Of a DNA stretch of 64,000 bases, positions 1-10,257 are shown piece by piece. The notes under the pieces were generated by a model, which was not told where the DNA came from, made no database searches, and saw nothing but the letters and a program-made list of their open reading frames with translations. The translations under genes were made by a program, and so were the position numbers. Source of the stretch: Mobula hypostoma (Eukaryota); assembly GCF_963921235.1 (NCBI RefSeq), contig NC_086108.1, positions 1,984,001-2,048,000 of the forward strand, read 5' to 3'. Every line of letters begins with the position of its first letter. The stretch's first letter is position 1.

Positions 1-31
1 GAGTTGTTCATGGTCCTCTCCCTTTCAACAG

Positions 32-292
32 GAACCGAACAGTGGGAGAACCCCCTTGCACTTGGCGGTCGAGTTCCAGCGCCGCGACGTGGTGCAGCTC
101 CTCATCGAACGCGGAGCGGACGTGAACCGACTGATGTACAACAGCTGCACGGCCTTCCACCTCACCGCCGGCCGGCCAGACCTGGAGATCCAGAACCGGC
201 TGTTCAAGCTGACCGACTCCTTGCTGATCCCACTGTACGAACCCTCGGACTCGGAGTCCGAGGCGGACTGCGATACCCAGTCGGACTGTGAT
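32..292 (+). CDS. NFKBIA: Penultimate coding exon of an IkappaB-family NF-kappaB inhibitor (last two ankyrin repeats plus acidic PEST region)
   Basis: Pyrimidine tract and AG acceptor at 30-31. The exon reads EPNSGRTPLHLAVEFQRRDVVQLLIERGADVNRLMYNSCTAFHLTAGRPDLEIQNRLFKLTDSLLIPLYEPSDSESEADCDTQSDCD, then a GTGAGT donor at 293-298; phase 0 at both ends. It resembles human IkBa exon 5 (EPCNGRTALHLAVD...GADVNR...PEST). Exact paralog is uncertain, so read the symbol as NFKBIA-like. Confidence 0.88.
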
Positions 293-465
293 GTGAGTGT
301 TGACTTTGCTGTGCTCTGATCCGGGGGGGGCGCAGGGGGGGTGGTCTTTGATGTGATGAAATGGCCTGAGGTGTTTTGCAGGGATTTCCTCTAACAAACT
401 CCAAGTGAGCTGTTGACTCTGCTCTCTCAGACCAATAGTCTGGGTTCTCATCCTGTGACCTTTGA

Positions 466-685
466 TGGGGCAGCACGATAACGTAATGGCCAGCACAGCA
501 CTTTACAGTACCGGCAGCTCAGGTTCAATCCCCGTCACTGCCTGTATGTTCACCCTGTGACCGTGCGGATTTCCTCCGGGTGCTCTGGTTTCCTCCCACA
601 GTCCAGTGACGTGCTGATTGGTAGGTGAATTGGCCATTGTAAATCGGGGATTTGTGTGTGGCATGGCTCGAAGGGCCAGAAGGTC
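466..685 (+). mobile_element. tRNA-derived V-SINE/HE1-like SINE
   Basis: B-box-like GGTTCAATCCC followed by the V-SINE-type core GATTTCCTCCGGGTGCTCTGGTTTCCTCCCACA; many related copies in the window. Confidence 0.7.
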
Positions 686-699
686 TCTCGATAATTCAA

Positions 700-1030
700 C
701 AGAAGCCAGAATACAAAGGTGGGGGAGGGAAAAGAGTACAAGCTGGCAGGTGATAGGTGAGACCAGGTGAGGGGGGAATGAAGTAAGAAGCTGGCAGGTG
801 ATAGGTGAGACCAGGTGAGGGGGGAATGAAGTAAGAAGCTGGGAGGTGATAGGTAGAAGAAGGAGGAATCTGATAGGAGAGGAGAGTAGGTCACAGGGGA
901 AAGAGAAGGAGGAGGGGTACCAGAGGGAGGCGATGGGCAGGTGAGGACAGGCGGTGAATGAGGAACTAACATGGGGAATAGCAAAAGAGGGGAGGAAGAA
1001 GAAATTACTGGAAACTAGAAAAATAACAAC
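700..1030 (-). mobile_element. Penelope-like element pseudo-LTR/3' fragment
   Basis: Purine-rich segment homologous to the PLE termini at 8940-9260, 20110-20440 and (reverse) 17970-18385. Confidence 0.6.
740..855. repeat. 48-bp tandem duplication (about 2.4 copies) inside the PLE fragment
   Basis: AAGCTGGCAGGTGATAGGTGAGACCAGGTGAGGGGGGAATGAAGTAAG starts at 740 and 788, with a partial copy at 836. Confidence 0.9.
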
Positions 1031-1206
1031 CAGATCATTTGTTTGCGAGAGAAGTCTTGGCCTGGATTCCTCTTTATTTTTCCGGGACACTGCACTGAAC
1101 CATTAGGCAAGGTGTCAACCTCAACTCCCATCCTCCAGTAATGTAGCACTCCAGAGAATTCAGGTAAAGTAGTGATGCTAACAGTTCTCTGGTCTGTGTT
1201 TTACAG

Positions 1207-1257
1207 GTGCCTTTGGATTACGATGACCTTCAGATAGGAGGCCACTCTCTCCACTGA
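1207..1257 (+). CDS. NFKBIA: Terminal coding exon of the IkappaB-like gene (VPLDYDDLQIGGHSLH*)
   Basis: In-frame phase-0 junction; YDD-x-x-x-GG motif like the IkBa terminal exon (LPYDDCVFGGQRL); TGA at 1255-1257. Too short to appear in the ORF track. Confidence 0.82.
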   Translation: MPLDYDDLQIGGHSLH

Positions 1258-1378
1258 ACAATATCGTGGACCTTCTCAGCCCAACTCTGATAGCGATCGT
1301 GTCATCAAAGTGGAACCACCAGCAGACACCGTACTTTCCAGGCTCGATCACAGACCCTCCCGCTCTTCCTTTGAGTGT

Positions 1379-1398
1379 GAGAGAGAGAGAGAGAGAGA
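1379..1398. repeat. (GA)10 microsatellite in the putative 3' UTR
   Basis: Read directly from the sequence. Confidence 0.9.
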
Positions 1399-2694
1399 CT
1401 CGACAGACTCACGTTCAAGCACAGCAGGTCGTTCCCTCCTGTCAGTGGGGCTCAGGGTGTGGAGTGAGGTTGGCTGAAACTGACGAGGGGCTGAATGGAC
1501 ACGCGTGCAGAAAGCTGGCAGGCAAGGACAACCCAGCCAGTTCCCCAAGCTTGTCACTTGAAGCTGTCTTTCTCCACCTACTCAACCCTTCAACAGCAGC
1601 TCATTCTGCACCTTTGCTGGACATTGGATATGTATGAACTGACAAGCGGGATTTTGGGTGGGAATGCAGAACTCCTTCTCCCCAGCCCTCCTACCTTGAA
1701 CCCTTGTGTTATCAGGCACGTGGGTAGTCTACCCAGGCTGAGAGTTGTCAGGTCCAAGCCGCAATGGTGGACGTTCATTGGGATTTGGATTGGTCTCACC
1801 TTGGCCAGCATCTCTTCTGGAAGTGTAGATGGAAGTCTACAAGGAAGTGAGGGACTCAGCGATCTAGTTCTGCTGCACCTTGGGCCTGGGCGGTACACTG
1901 CCTTCACATGTTATGCAGAGAAGCCACAGAGGACCAGTGGTGGATGGGGGTCCAGGGCTCCCCCGCATTTCTCCTGTGCCCCTGATCCTGGTGTGCTGGG
2001 ACCAACAGTCTGCCCCTTTGCAACCTTATCCCAGCCCTCAGTAGCTGAGTCCAGAACTCAGTAACTCCATGGCTGTACACTCCTCTTGAGGAACGCCTCT
2101 GCTTTCCCTCAAGGGGAATCAGTAACACTTCTCAAGGGTTGCAACTTTGACTTCCCTCCTTTCTTGCCAACCTCAATGCAAACATACAGACAATGCCCTT
2201 CGTGACACCCCAACCATCATCTTCAGTTTCGTGTGCACCCTTTAGCTGATTAAATGACGAAACCCGGTACTTATACCAAATTCTGATAGCCAGCGGCCCC
2301 TTTGGACATAACAGCCAATTAGTCTCTGCAGCTTGCCACAGACACATTACACACTAATGTTTTGTAGTCATTCTTGAATCAGAAAGTCAAGATAACATAG
2401 GAAAACTGAATATTATGGGTTGTAGAATAATGTTGATTTCTTTTGTGAGTTTTAACCTTTTTTTATTCTGATTGCTTTGTCATTTTCATGTGGACTTTCG
2501 TCAATAGGCAGGGCAGTAAACCTCAGATAACCTGTTATCCAATTATTTGGTGACCTTGAAGGTTTGGCATTTGAGCCACTGGATACTGATTCCCTTTTAT
2601 TCTCTCTCTCCAGCACATTGGGGCCACTGTTCCCATGTTCCGTGACCATTCTCCAGGGCCTGGGTTCCAGTGCTTCTGTAACCATGGGCCAATT

Positions 2695-2850
2695 CCTCCC
2701 CCCCACCCCACCAATCTTATTCTGGCTTCTTCCACCACCCCCGCCTTTCCAGTCCTGATGTGGGTCTCGGCCCTAAATGTTCACTGTTTATTCCTCCCCA
2801 TAGATGCTGTCCAGCCTGCTGAGTTCCTCCAGCATTGTGTGTGTGTTCTC
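2695..2850 (+). mobile_element. PLE pseudo-LTR tail with degenerate hammerhead motif
   Basis: CAGTCCTGATGTGGGTCTCGGCCCTAAATGTTCACTG (2750-2786) followed by the GATGCTG...CCTGCTGAGTTCCTCCAGCATT tail shared by other copies. Confidence 0.7.
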
Positions 2851-2999
2851 ACTGGGGAAGTTTTGTTTTAGCATTTGTTGAGAGGGAATTCAGAGTGTTA
2901 TATGAAGGAAAACTATGACAGATTAGTACCGCTGAAGATACCAGGTGAATGGAATTTTACGGGACTGTAAAGCGGGCTGTGGGATTTAAGCCCCCCATA

Positions 3000-3330
3000 C
3001 TCACTCACTACCCATTAGGTCTGCTGGCACTTAGGGCAGCAGTGAAGGTCCTCCATCTCCGGTGGTGTTCAGTGCTTCCTTCATCGTGTCGGTAGCTTCC
3101 TCTCGGTTTTCACTACTGTCAGTCACGCATGTCCCAGGTGGAGACTCAGGAATACCGTCACACTCAGATGTAGAAGGATTCTTCATTGCCGTTTCCATAA
3201 CAGTTTTGTTTGACCAGTCAGGGTTGTAGCCGTGAGCTGAACCCCGGAACCTGAAGGACTGGTGGACCACTCTTAGTCTGGCCTCTACCCTTTGACCTGT
3301 TTGTCATGGGTGACCCTACCACAAGCCAGA
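3000..3330 (-). mobile_element. Non-autonomous RTE-derived element, family A
   Basis: Reverse complement of the copy at 14360-14740; ends in a WRTFTAAL-type RTE C-terminus and an (AGTG)n tail. Confidence 0.65.
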
Positions 3331-3854
3331 CTTCAGCCCGTATCATTCTCCAGATCCTCGAGGCAGACAAGCCTCTAAACCATGGTTGTGGTCCTCTTGG
3401 AGAAAGTTCTACCATTGGTACTAGATGTCTACACATGGACAGAGAGTGGATATTCCAGCCACCAGTACACTTTGCTTGAAATTCAATTATTTGCCTTTGG
3501 AGTGAGCTTATTTATTGAAATGTTCAAAAGCTCAATAGGTTATATACTGATGAAGATAGGAAAAATATTTAGTCTAGATTTCTCTATATCACACAATGGT
3601 GAAGCCATTGCTTTGACTAATGTAGCCAGATTATCTCCCCTCTCTACCAATAGAGTGGAAAATTCCAGTCTGGTCAGCAAACCCTGCCATCCCAGGCAAT
3701 CTGGATCACAATAACTAAGTGCTCCCTGTAAATCTGTTTTCATTCTGCACAGCACAGACATGACCCTTTCCCAGTGACCAAACGTTCAATGAAATGACTG
3801 AATCAAAATTAAACTCAAAGATCCAAGTAAATTTATCAAAGTATATACTTGTCA

Positions 3855-4260
3855 CCAAAGTACATTTATTATCAACGTATGTATACAGCATACAACCCTG
3901 AGATTTGTCTTCCCACAGACAGCCACAAAATAAAGAAACACCATGGAACCCATTCAAAGCAAAGCATCAAACACCCCATCACACAAAAAAAAAACAAATT
4001 GCAAAATGGTAAAAAAGCGAGCAAAAAGCACAGAATATAAAACATTGAACCACAAAGTCACTGCAAGAATTTAAGAATGTTCAGTTTAGTTTAGTTCAGT
4101 TCAGTTTATCGCTGCGTTGTTCATTGGCCGCAGTCAGTCCACCCGAATCAAAATCACACAAAATATTAAAAAAGGCGCAATCAGAAACCAGACTCGCATC
4201 ATGACATAAACTACAAAGTCCAATCCACAAACTGCATCAATGAAAACTTGTCCAAGAGTA
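3855..4260. mobile_element. Unclassified interspersed repeat (probably a LINE 3' region)
   Basis: Clearly homologous to 24062-24420 (TACAACCCTGAGATTTGTCTTC...CACAGACAGCCACAAAA); shorter pieces near 13555-13625 and 21330-21400. Confidence 0.5.
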
Positions 4261-4637
4261 GATACAAAGAAATACAATAGAATCAATGAAGAACTACACA
4301 CAAAGACAGACAGGTGAACAATGAATGTTCAAAAGATGAGAAGCTATGCAAATACAAACAAAAACAGATAAATATTCAGAACACAAGTGAAGAGTCCTCG
4401 AAAGTGAAACTTGCAGAAGTGGAGTGAGGTACTGAAAATGTAAACCAGCTGATTCTATTTATCTATTGATATAAGGTGGCCTCGGATCGTAAACTGAGGC
4501 ATTTGTACAGAATTGTTTTGCGGATAATCTATTTGATGCAGAAGACTTTATTTGATGTTTTTGGAATTTAATGTGTATGACAAAAGAGGAAGATGAACGT
4601 GCATTTGTAAATAATGTCCGACAAACTTTATTTTTAT

Positions 4638-4643
4638 ATTAAA
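4638..4643 (+). promoter_or_regulatory. Candidate polyadenylation signal (ATTAAA) of the IkappaB-like gene
   Basis: Ends a non-repetitive U-rich stretch (4430-4640) and is followed about 20 nt later by GGTGTTGTTTGTT; no transcript evidence. Confidence 0.3.
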
Positions 4644-4697
4644 CGACAAAAAGTAGACGGTGTTGTTTGTTCACTCGTTATGTGCCGTGTCGTATGA

Positions 4698-5700
4698 ATC
4701 AGAATCAGGTTTATTATCACCGGCATGTGACGTGAAATTTGTTAACTTAGCAGCAGCAGTTCAATGCAATACATAATCTAGCAGAGAGAAAAAAAATAAT
4801 ATTAATAAATAAAATAAAATAAAACAATAAATAAACAGGTAAATCAATTCCGTATATTGAATAGATTATTAAAAATCCACAAAAACAGAAATACTGTATA
4901 TTAAAAAAAAGTGAGGTTGTGTCCAAAGCTTCAATGTCCATTTAGGAATCGGATGGCAGAGGGGAAGAATCTGTTCCTGAATCACTGAGTGTGTGTTGTC
5001 AGGCTTCTGTACCTCCTCCCTGATGGTAACAGTGAGAAAAGGGCAGCCCTGGGTGCTGGAGATCCTTAATAATGGACGCTGCCTTTCTGAGACACCACTC
5101 TCTAAAGGTGTCCTGGGTACTTTGTAGGCTAGTACCCAAGATGGAGCTGACTAGATTTACAACCTTCTGCAGCTTCTTTCGGTCCTGTGCAGTAGCCCCT
5201 CCATACCAGACAGTGATGCAGCCTGTCAGTATGCTCTCCACAGTACAAATATAGAAGTTTTTGAGGGTATTTGTTGACATGCCAAATCTCTTCAAACTCC
5301 TATAGCCGCTGTCTTGTATTCTTTATAACTATTTCGATATGTTGGGACCAGGTTGGATCCTCAGAGATCTTGACACCCAGGAACTTGAAGCTGCTCACTC
5401 TCTCCACTTCTGATCCCTCTATGAGGATTGGTATGTGTTTCTTCGTCTTACCCTTCCTGAAGTCCACAATCAGCTCTTTCATCTTACTGACGTTGAGTGC
5501 CAGGTTGCTGCTGTGGCACCACTCCACCAGTTGGCATATCTCACTCCTGTACACCCTCTCGTCACCACCTGAGATTCTACCAACAATGGTTGTATCATCA
5601 ACAAATTTGTGGATGGTGTTTGAGCTATGCCTAGCCACACAGTCATGTCTATACAGAGAGTAGAGCAGTGGGCTAAGCACACACCCCTGAGGTGCACCAC
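4698..5700 (-). mobile_element. 5'-truncated Rex1/Babar-type LINE
   Basis: ORF pieces SPLLYSLYRHDCVA...KFVDDTT...FKFLGV and FYICTVESILTGCITVWYG; (GATTCT)n-type tail at 4698. Confidence 0.8.
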
Positions 5701-6055
5701 TGAGCGATCAAGGGCTTTCTGTGACCAGGATTGTTCTACGCAAATTTTTCTGCAGAAGTGGTTTTGCATTGCTGTCTTGTGAACAGTGTCTTTACAAGAC
5801 AGGTGACCCCAGCCATTATCAATACTCTTCAGAGATTGTCTGCCTGGGGTCAGTGGTCGCACAACCAGGACTTGTGATCTGCACCGGCTGCTCATATGAC
5901 CATCCACCACCTGCTGCCATGGCTTCACGTGACCCTGATCGGGGGGCTAAGGAGGTGCCACACCCTGCCCAAGGGTCACCTGTACACTAGCGGAGGGGAG
6001 GAGCACCTTACACCTCCTTCGTTAGAGACGTGCGGTATCTCCACCCCACCACCCT
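5701..6055 (-). mobile_element. Non-autonomous RTE/BovB-like element, family B (its 3' tip displaced to about 4665-4697)
   Basis: Reverse complement of 16027-16392; the missing 3' end TCGTTATGTGCCGTGTCGTATGA lies on the other side of the Rex-type LINE. Confidence 0.65.
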
Positions 6056-6419
6056 GGTGTGTATTGTAATGTTTTCACATGAGGATTGTGTGTCTATGAA
6101 GTCCTGCATCGGGACTGAGTGAGGTGGTGTTGAGGAAGGACAGACATGATATTTCACTTTGCTTTACCTTGCTGACTTCTCTTCAACACCCCCCCCCCAT
6201 TCAAACCCAACTAATGTGTGCAGTTTTTTACCTGGGATCTACCTCAGTTAGTACTGATGGCACCTGGGTCCAAATCTGGTAATGACTGTGTCTCCGTGGG
6301 GATCACCTTTGCCTCTGACTTGGGAGGTAACGGGTTCAAGATCCCATCCCAGAGATAGGGATTGAAAACATGAGTTCCTGCTTCTCCCTCACGTGGATGT
6401 GTGGAAGATTTCCATCTTT

Positions 6420-6632
6420 GCGGTGGTGCAGTTAGCGTAAAGTTATTACAGTGCCGTGACCCCAGTTCAATTCCCGCCACTGTCTGTAAGGAGATTGTAT
6501 GTGACCGTGTCGGTTTCCTCCCACATTCCAAAGGTTTAGTGTGGTTGAGTAGGTTAATTAGCCAATTCGTTGTAATTGGCTGAGTCTGGCTCATTGGCTT
6601 AGAAGGGCACGGTATTGTGCTTTATTTCTAAG
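6420..6632 (+). mobile_element. V-SINE/HE1-like SINE
   Basis: AGTTCAATTCCCGCCACTGTCTGTAAGGAG...GGTTTCCTCCCACATTCCAAAG. Confidence 0.65.
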
Positions 6633-6789
6633 TAACTTCCCAATAATGTTGGGGAGAAATTGGATCAAACTTGTAGACCTACACAAAGGAAGAGAGAGCA
6701 GGCAAGAGTCTTGCCTTCACTTTGTCCCGCCGAGCAGGGTAAATGCCCCGTTTGACATACGGCGCCTCCCTACAGTGCAGCACTTACTC

Positions 6790-7345
6790 CACATTCGGAG
6801 TATTGTGGGAAGTTCTGGGCTCCTGATCTGAGAAAGGGTGTGCTGGCATTGGATGGGGACCAGTGGACGTTCACGAGCTTGAGTCACGGAATGGAACAGT
6901 TAACATGTGAGGAGCATTTGATGGCTCTGGGACCATACCTCCTAGAGTTAAGAAGGATGGCCGAGAGGCACCTCATTAAAACCTGGTGAACATTGACAGG
7001 CCCAGATAGAGTTCCTGGAGAAGATGTTTCCTGTAGATGGGGAGTCTAGGACTAAAGGGCACAAGTTCAGAATCCAAGGACATCTTCTTAGAACAGAAAT
7101 ACGGAGGAATTTCTTTACCCGGAGGGTGGTGAATCTATGGAATTCATTGCTACAGAGAGATGCTATGGAGGTCAAGTCATTGGGTGTATTTAAAGTGGAA
7201 GTTGACAGGTTCTTCATTAGTAAAGGTTATGATGAGAAAGCAGATGAATAAGATTGAGAGGGATAATAAATCAGCCATGATGGAATGGTGAAGCAGATTC
7301 GATGGGCTGAATGGCCTAATTCCGCTCCCTTGTTTTATGGTCACC
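6790..7345 (+). mobile_element. CR1 LINE 3' fragment
   Basis: MFPVDGESRTKGHKFRI...RRNFFTRRVVNLWNSL C-terminal motif, then a CR1-type 3' UTR (GATGGGCTGAATGGCCTAATTCCGCTCC...TTATGGT). Confidence 0.8.
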
Positions 7346-7659
7346 TGAGCAAGGTGCTCAATGGGACTTGGGCCCGCAACTTCTCAATGGTAAACAGAGA
7401 ACAAGGATCTAGGGTGGCTCGTTGTGCAGTGGTGAAGCCATTGCCTCGCACTCCCAGTGAACACAGTCCTGACTGCTGGAACTACCCGTGTGGAGATTTC
7501 ACGTTCTCCTTCCGACCACGTGGGTTTCCGCTGGCTGCTCCGGTTTCCTCCCACGTCTCCACAGTGGGTGGGTTGGTGGCAGCAGCGTGGTAGCTTTCCT
7601 GTTCTTAGTCTGCCCTCTACCCTTTGACCTCTTTGGTATGGGTGACCTTATAAGAACAT

Positions 7660-8925
7660 TAGACAGACACAGCATGGATTCAGAAAGGGCAGGTCCTGTT
7701 TGACAACTTACAGGAGTTCTTTGAGAACATAATGGGTGCAGTGGATAGAGGGGAACAGGTGGATGTCGTAGACTTGGATTTCCAGAAGCCATTCAATAAG
7801 GTGCAGCACAAGAGACTTATAAATAAGATACGGATGCATGGATAGTGGATTGGTTAACCAGTAGAAGGCAGAGAGTTGGTATAAATGGGTGTTTCTCTGG
7901 TTGGCAGTCAGTGGTGAGTGGGGTGCCACAGGGGTCGGTGCTGGACCTGCAGCTGTTTACCATTTACATTGATGATTTGGAAGAGGGGACTGAGTGTAGC
8001 GTAGCAAAATTTGCTGATGACACTAAACTGAGTGAAAAAGCAAATTGTACAGAGGAAGTGGAGAGTCTGCAGAGGGATATACAGTAGTTTAGGTTAAGTG
8101 AGTGGGCCAAGGTCTGGCAGATGGAATACAACGATGGTAAATGCGAGATCATCCACTTTGGAAAGAATAATAGAAGAGCAAATTATTATTTAAATGTTGC
8201 TGTGCAGGGGGACTTGGGAGTGTTTGTTCATGAATCGCAAGAAGTTGGCTTTCAGCTACAACAGGTTATTAAGAAGGCAAACAGAATGTTGGCCTTCATT
8301 GCTAGAGGGATTGAATTCAAGAGCAGGGAGGTCATGCTGCAACTATACAGGGTAATGGTGAGGCCGCACCTGGAGTACTGCGTGCAGTTCTGGTCTCCAC
8401 ACTTGAGGAAGGATATACTGGCTTTGGAGGCAGTGCAGAGGAGGTTCACCAGGTTGATTCCAGGGACGAAGGGGTTAACCGATGAGGAGAGATTGAGTTG
8501 ACTGGAACTATACTCTCTGGGATTCAGAAGAATGAGAGGGGATCTTATAGAACCATACAAATTTTTGAAAGAGATAGATAAGATAGAAGTAGGGAAGTTG
8601 TTTCCATTGGTAGGTGAGACTAGAACTACGGGACATTGCTTTGAGATTCAGGGGAGAAAACTTAGGACGGAGATGAGGAGAAACTGTTTTTCCCAGAGAG
8701 TGGTGAATCTGTGGAATTCTCTGCCCAGAGAAGCAGTTGAGGCTTCTTCACTAAATATATTTAAGATACAGTTAGATAGGTTTTTACTTAGCAGGGCAAT
8801 TAAGGGGAAAAGGCAGGTAGATGGAGCTGAGTTTATGGACAGATCAGCCATGATCTTATTGAATGGTGGGGCAGGCTCAATGGGCCGGATGGCCGACTCC
8901 TGCTCCTATTTCCTGTGTTCTTATG
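7660..8925 (+). mobile_element. 5'-truncated CR1 LINE (RT to 3' end, disrupted)
   Basis: YLDFQK-like motif, SGVPQGSVL, KFADDTKL, VRPHLEYCVQFWSP, FSQRVVNLWNSLP; tail TTCCTGTGTTCTTATG. Confidence 0.88.
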
Positions 8926-8939
8926 TTGACAAAAAACCC

Positions 8940-9500
8940 CCACAGAATGCTGGAGGAACTCAGCAGGTCAAGCAGCATCTATGGAAATAAATAAATAAAC
9001 AGTCGTGCTTTCAAGCCGAGACCCTTCTTCAGGACTGAGAAGGAAGGGAGAAGATGCCAGAATAAAAAGGGTAGCGGGAGGGGAAAGAGGATGGCTGGAA
9101 GGTGACAAGTGAAGCCAGGTGGGTGGAAAAGGTCAAGGGTTGTAGAGGAAGAATCTGATTGGAGAGGAGAGTGGACCATAGGAGAAAGAGAAGGTGGAGG
9201 GAACTGGGGGAGGTGATAGGCAGGTGAGAAAAAGTGAAAGGTCAGAGAAGAAAATAGGGGAGGGAGAAATTGATATTCATGCCCTCAAGTTTGAAGTTAC
9301 CCAGACAGAATATGAGGTATTGCTCCTCCACTCTGAGGGTGGCCTCATCTTGGCACAAGAGGAGGTCATGGACCAACACACCAGACTGGGAGTGGGAATG
9401 GGAATTAAGATGTTTGACCACCGGGAATTCTCGCTTGGGTGGATTGTGCAGAGGTGCTTGACAAAGCGGTCCCCCAGTTTACGACAGTCTCACCAATGTA
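8940..9500 (-). mobile_element. PLE 3' fragment (endonuclease C-terminus, pseudo-LTR, hammerhead motif at 9000-9037)
   Basis: Minus strand reads GAGGCCACCCTCAGAGTGGAGGAGCAATACCTCATATTC (EATLRVEEQYLIF) and CAGTCCTGAAGAAGGGTCTCGGCTTGAAAGCACGACTG. Confidence 0.75.
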
Positions 9501-10089
9501 AAAGAGGCTGCCCCTGTAGAACAGACACAATAGAAGATCCCAGCAGATTCATAAGTGAAGTGTTGCAAACAACCGATGTGCAAAAGCAGACAAATCATGC
9601 AAATTGAAAAAAAAAATAATACTGAGAACATGAGTTGTAAAGTCCTTGAAATCTGAGTGTTCAGGTTGTGGGATCAGTTCTGGGTTTGTCGAGCAGTATC
9701 TGTGCAGGGTTTCTCTGAAGGAGCTGCTGGAAATTCCAGAATTTTTACCTTCTACCTCAGATTTCCAGTATTTGCAGACTTTTATGAGGATTAAAGATTA
9801 GTTTCAGTTGTCACATACATCGAAACATCGAAACAGACATTGTAATCTGTCATTTGAGTCAACGACCGACACAATGGATCCAAGGATTGTTTTGGGGGAA
9901 GCCCGCAAGTATCGCTAAACTTGCGGCACCAATATTGCACGACTCTAACTCATTAATCCAGTTCTCCAATGACCATACACGTCCCAGCACTATTCTATCT
10001 GCCACTTCTTTGCCCGTTCTCCTAATCTGTCAATGTCCTTCTGTAGCCTCTCTGTTTCCTCTACACTACCTGCCCCGCCACCCATCGTT

Positions 10090-10205
10090 ATATCACCACA
10101 AAGCCATCAATTCCATCATCCAGATCACTGACATATAAGATAAAAAGAATCGGTCCCAACACAAACTCCTGTGGAACACCACTAGTCACCAGCAGCCATC
10201 CAGAG
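10090..10205 (-). mobile_element. Short CR1 RT fragment
   Basis: WLLVTSGVPQEFVLGPILFILYVSDLDDGIDGFV. Confidence 0.65.
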
Positions 10206-10257
10206 GAGTAATCAGTCTGAGACTCTTTATCGGGTCCTGGCAAAGGTTCACAAACCT

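Larger units (their letters stand above)
293..1206 (+). other. Last intron of the IkappaB-like gene (914 bp)
   Basis: GTGAGT donor at 293; TGTGTTTTACAG acceptor ending at 1206; contains SINE and PLE fragments. Confidence 0.82.

Noticed and set aside
1..13. GAGTTGTTCATGG is identical to a satellite variant
   Set aside because: A 13-bp match is plausible by chance given the many monomer variants, and the sequence diverges immediately.
293..319. ORF-track extension VSVDFAVL* as the true C-terminus
   Set aside because: It is read-through past a consensus GTGAGT donor; the conserved YDD-containing exon is at 1207-1257. Intron retention cannot be excluded.
503..1090. 195-aa minus-strand ORF and similar Ser/Pro/Leu-rich ORFs such as 15075-15500
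   Set aside because: Chance frames across SINE, pseudo-LTR and tandem-repeat sequence.
6285..6420. Possible DeuSINE/SacSINE-like head (GCCTCTGACTTGGGAGGTAACGGGTTCAAGATCCC)
   Set aside because: Only weak recalled similarity; it cannot be separated from other decayed tRNA-derived SINEs and is not a tRNA gene.
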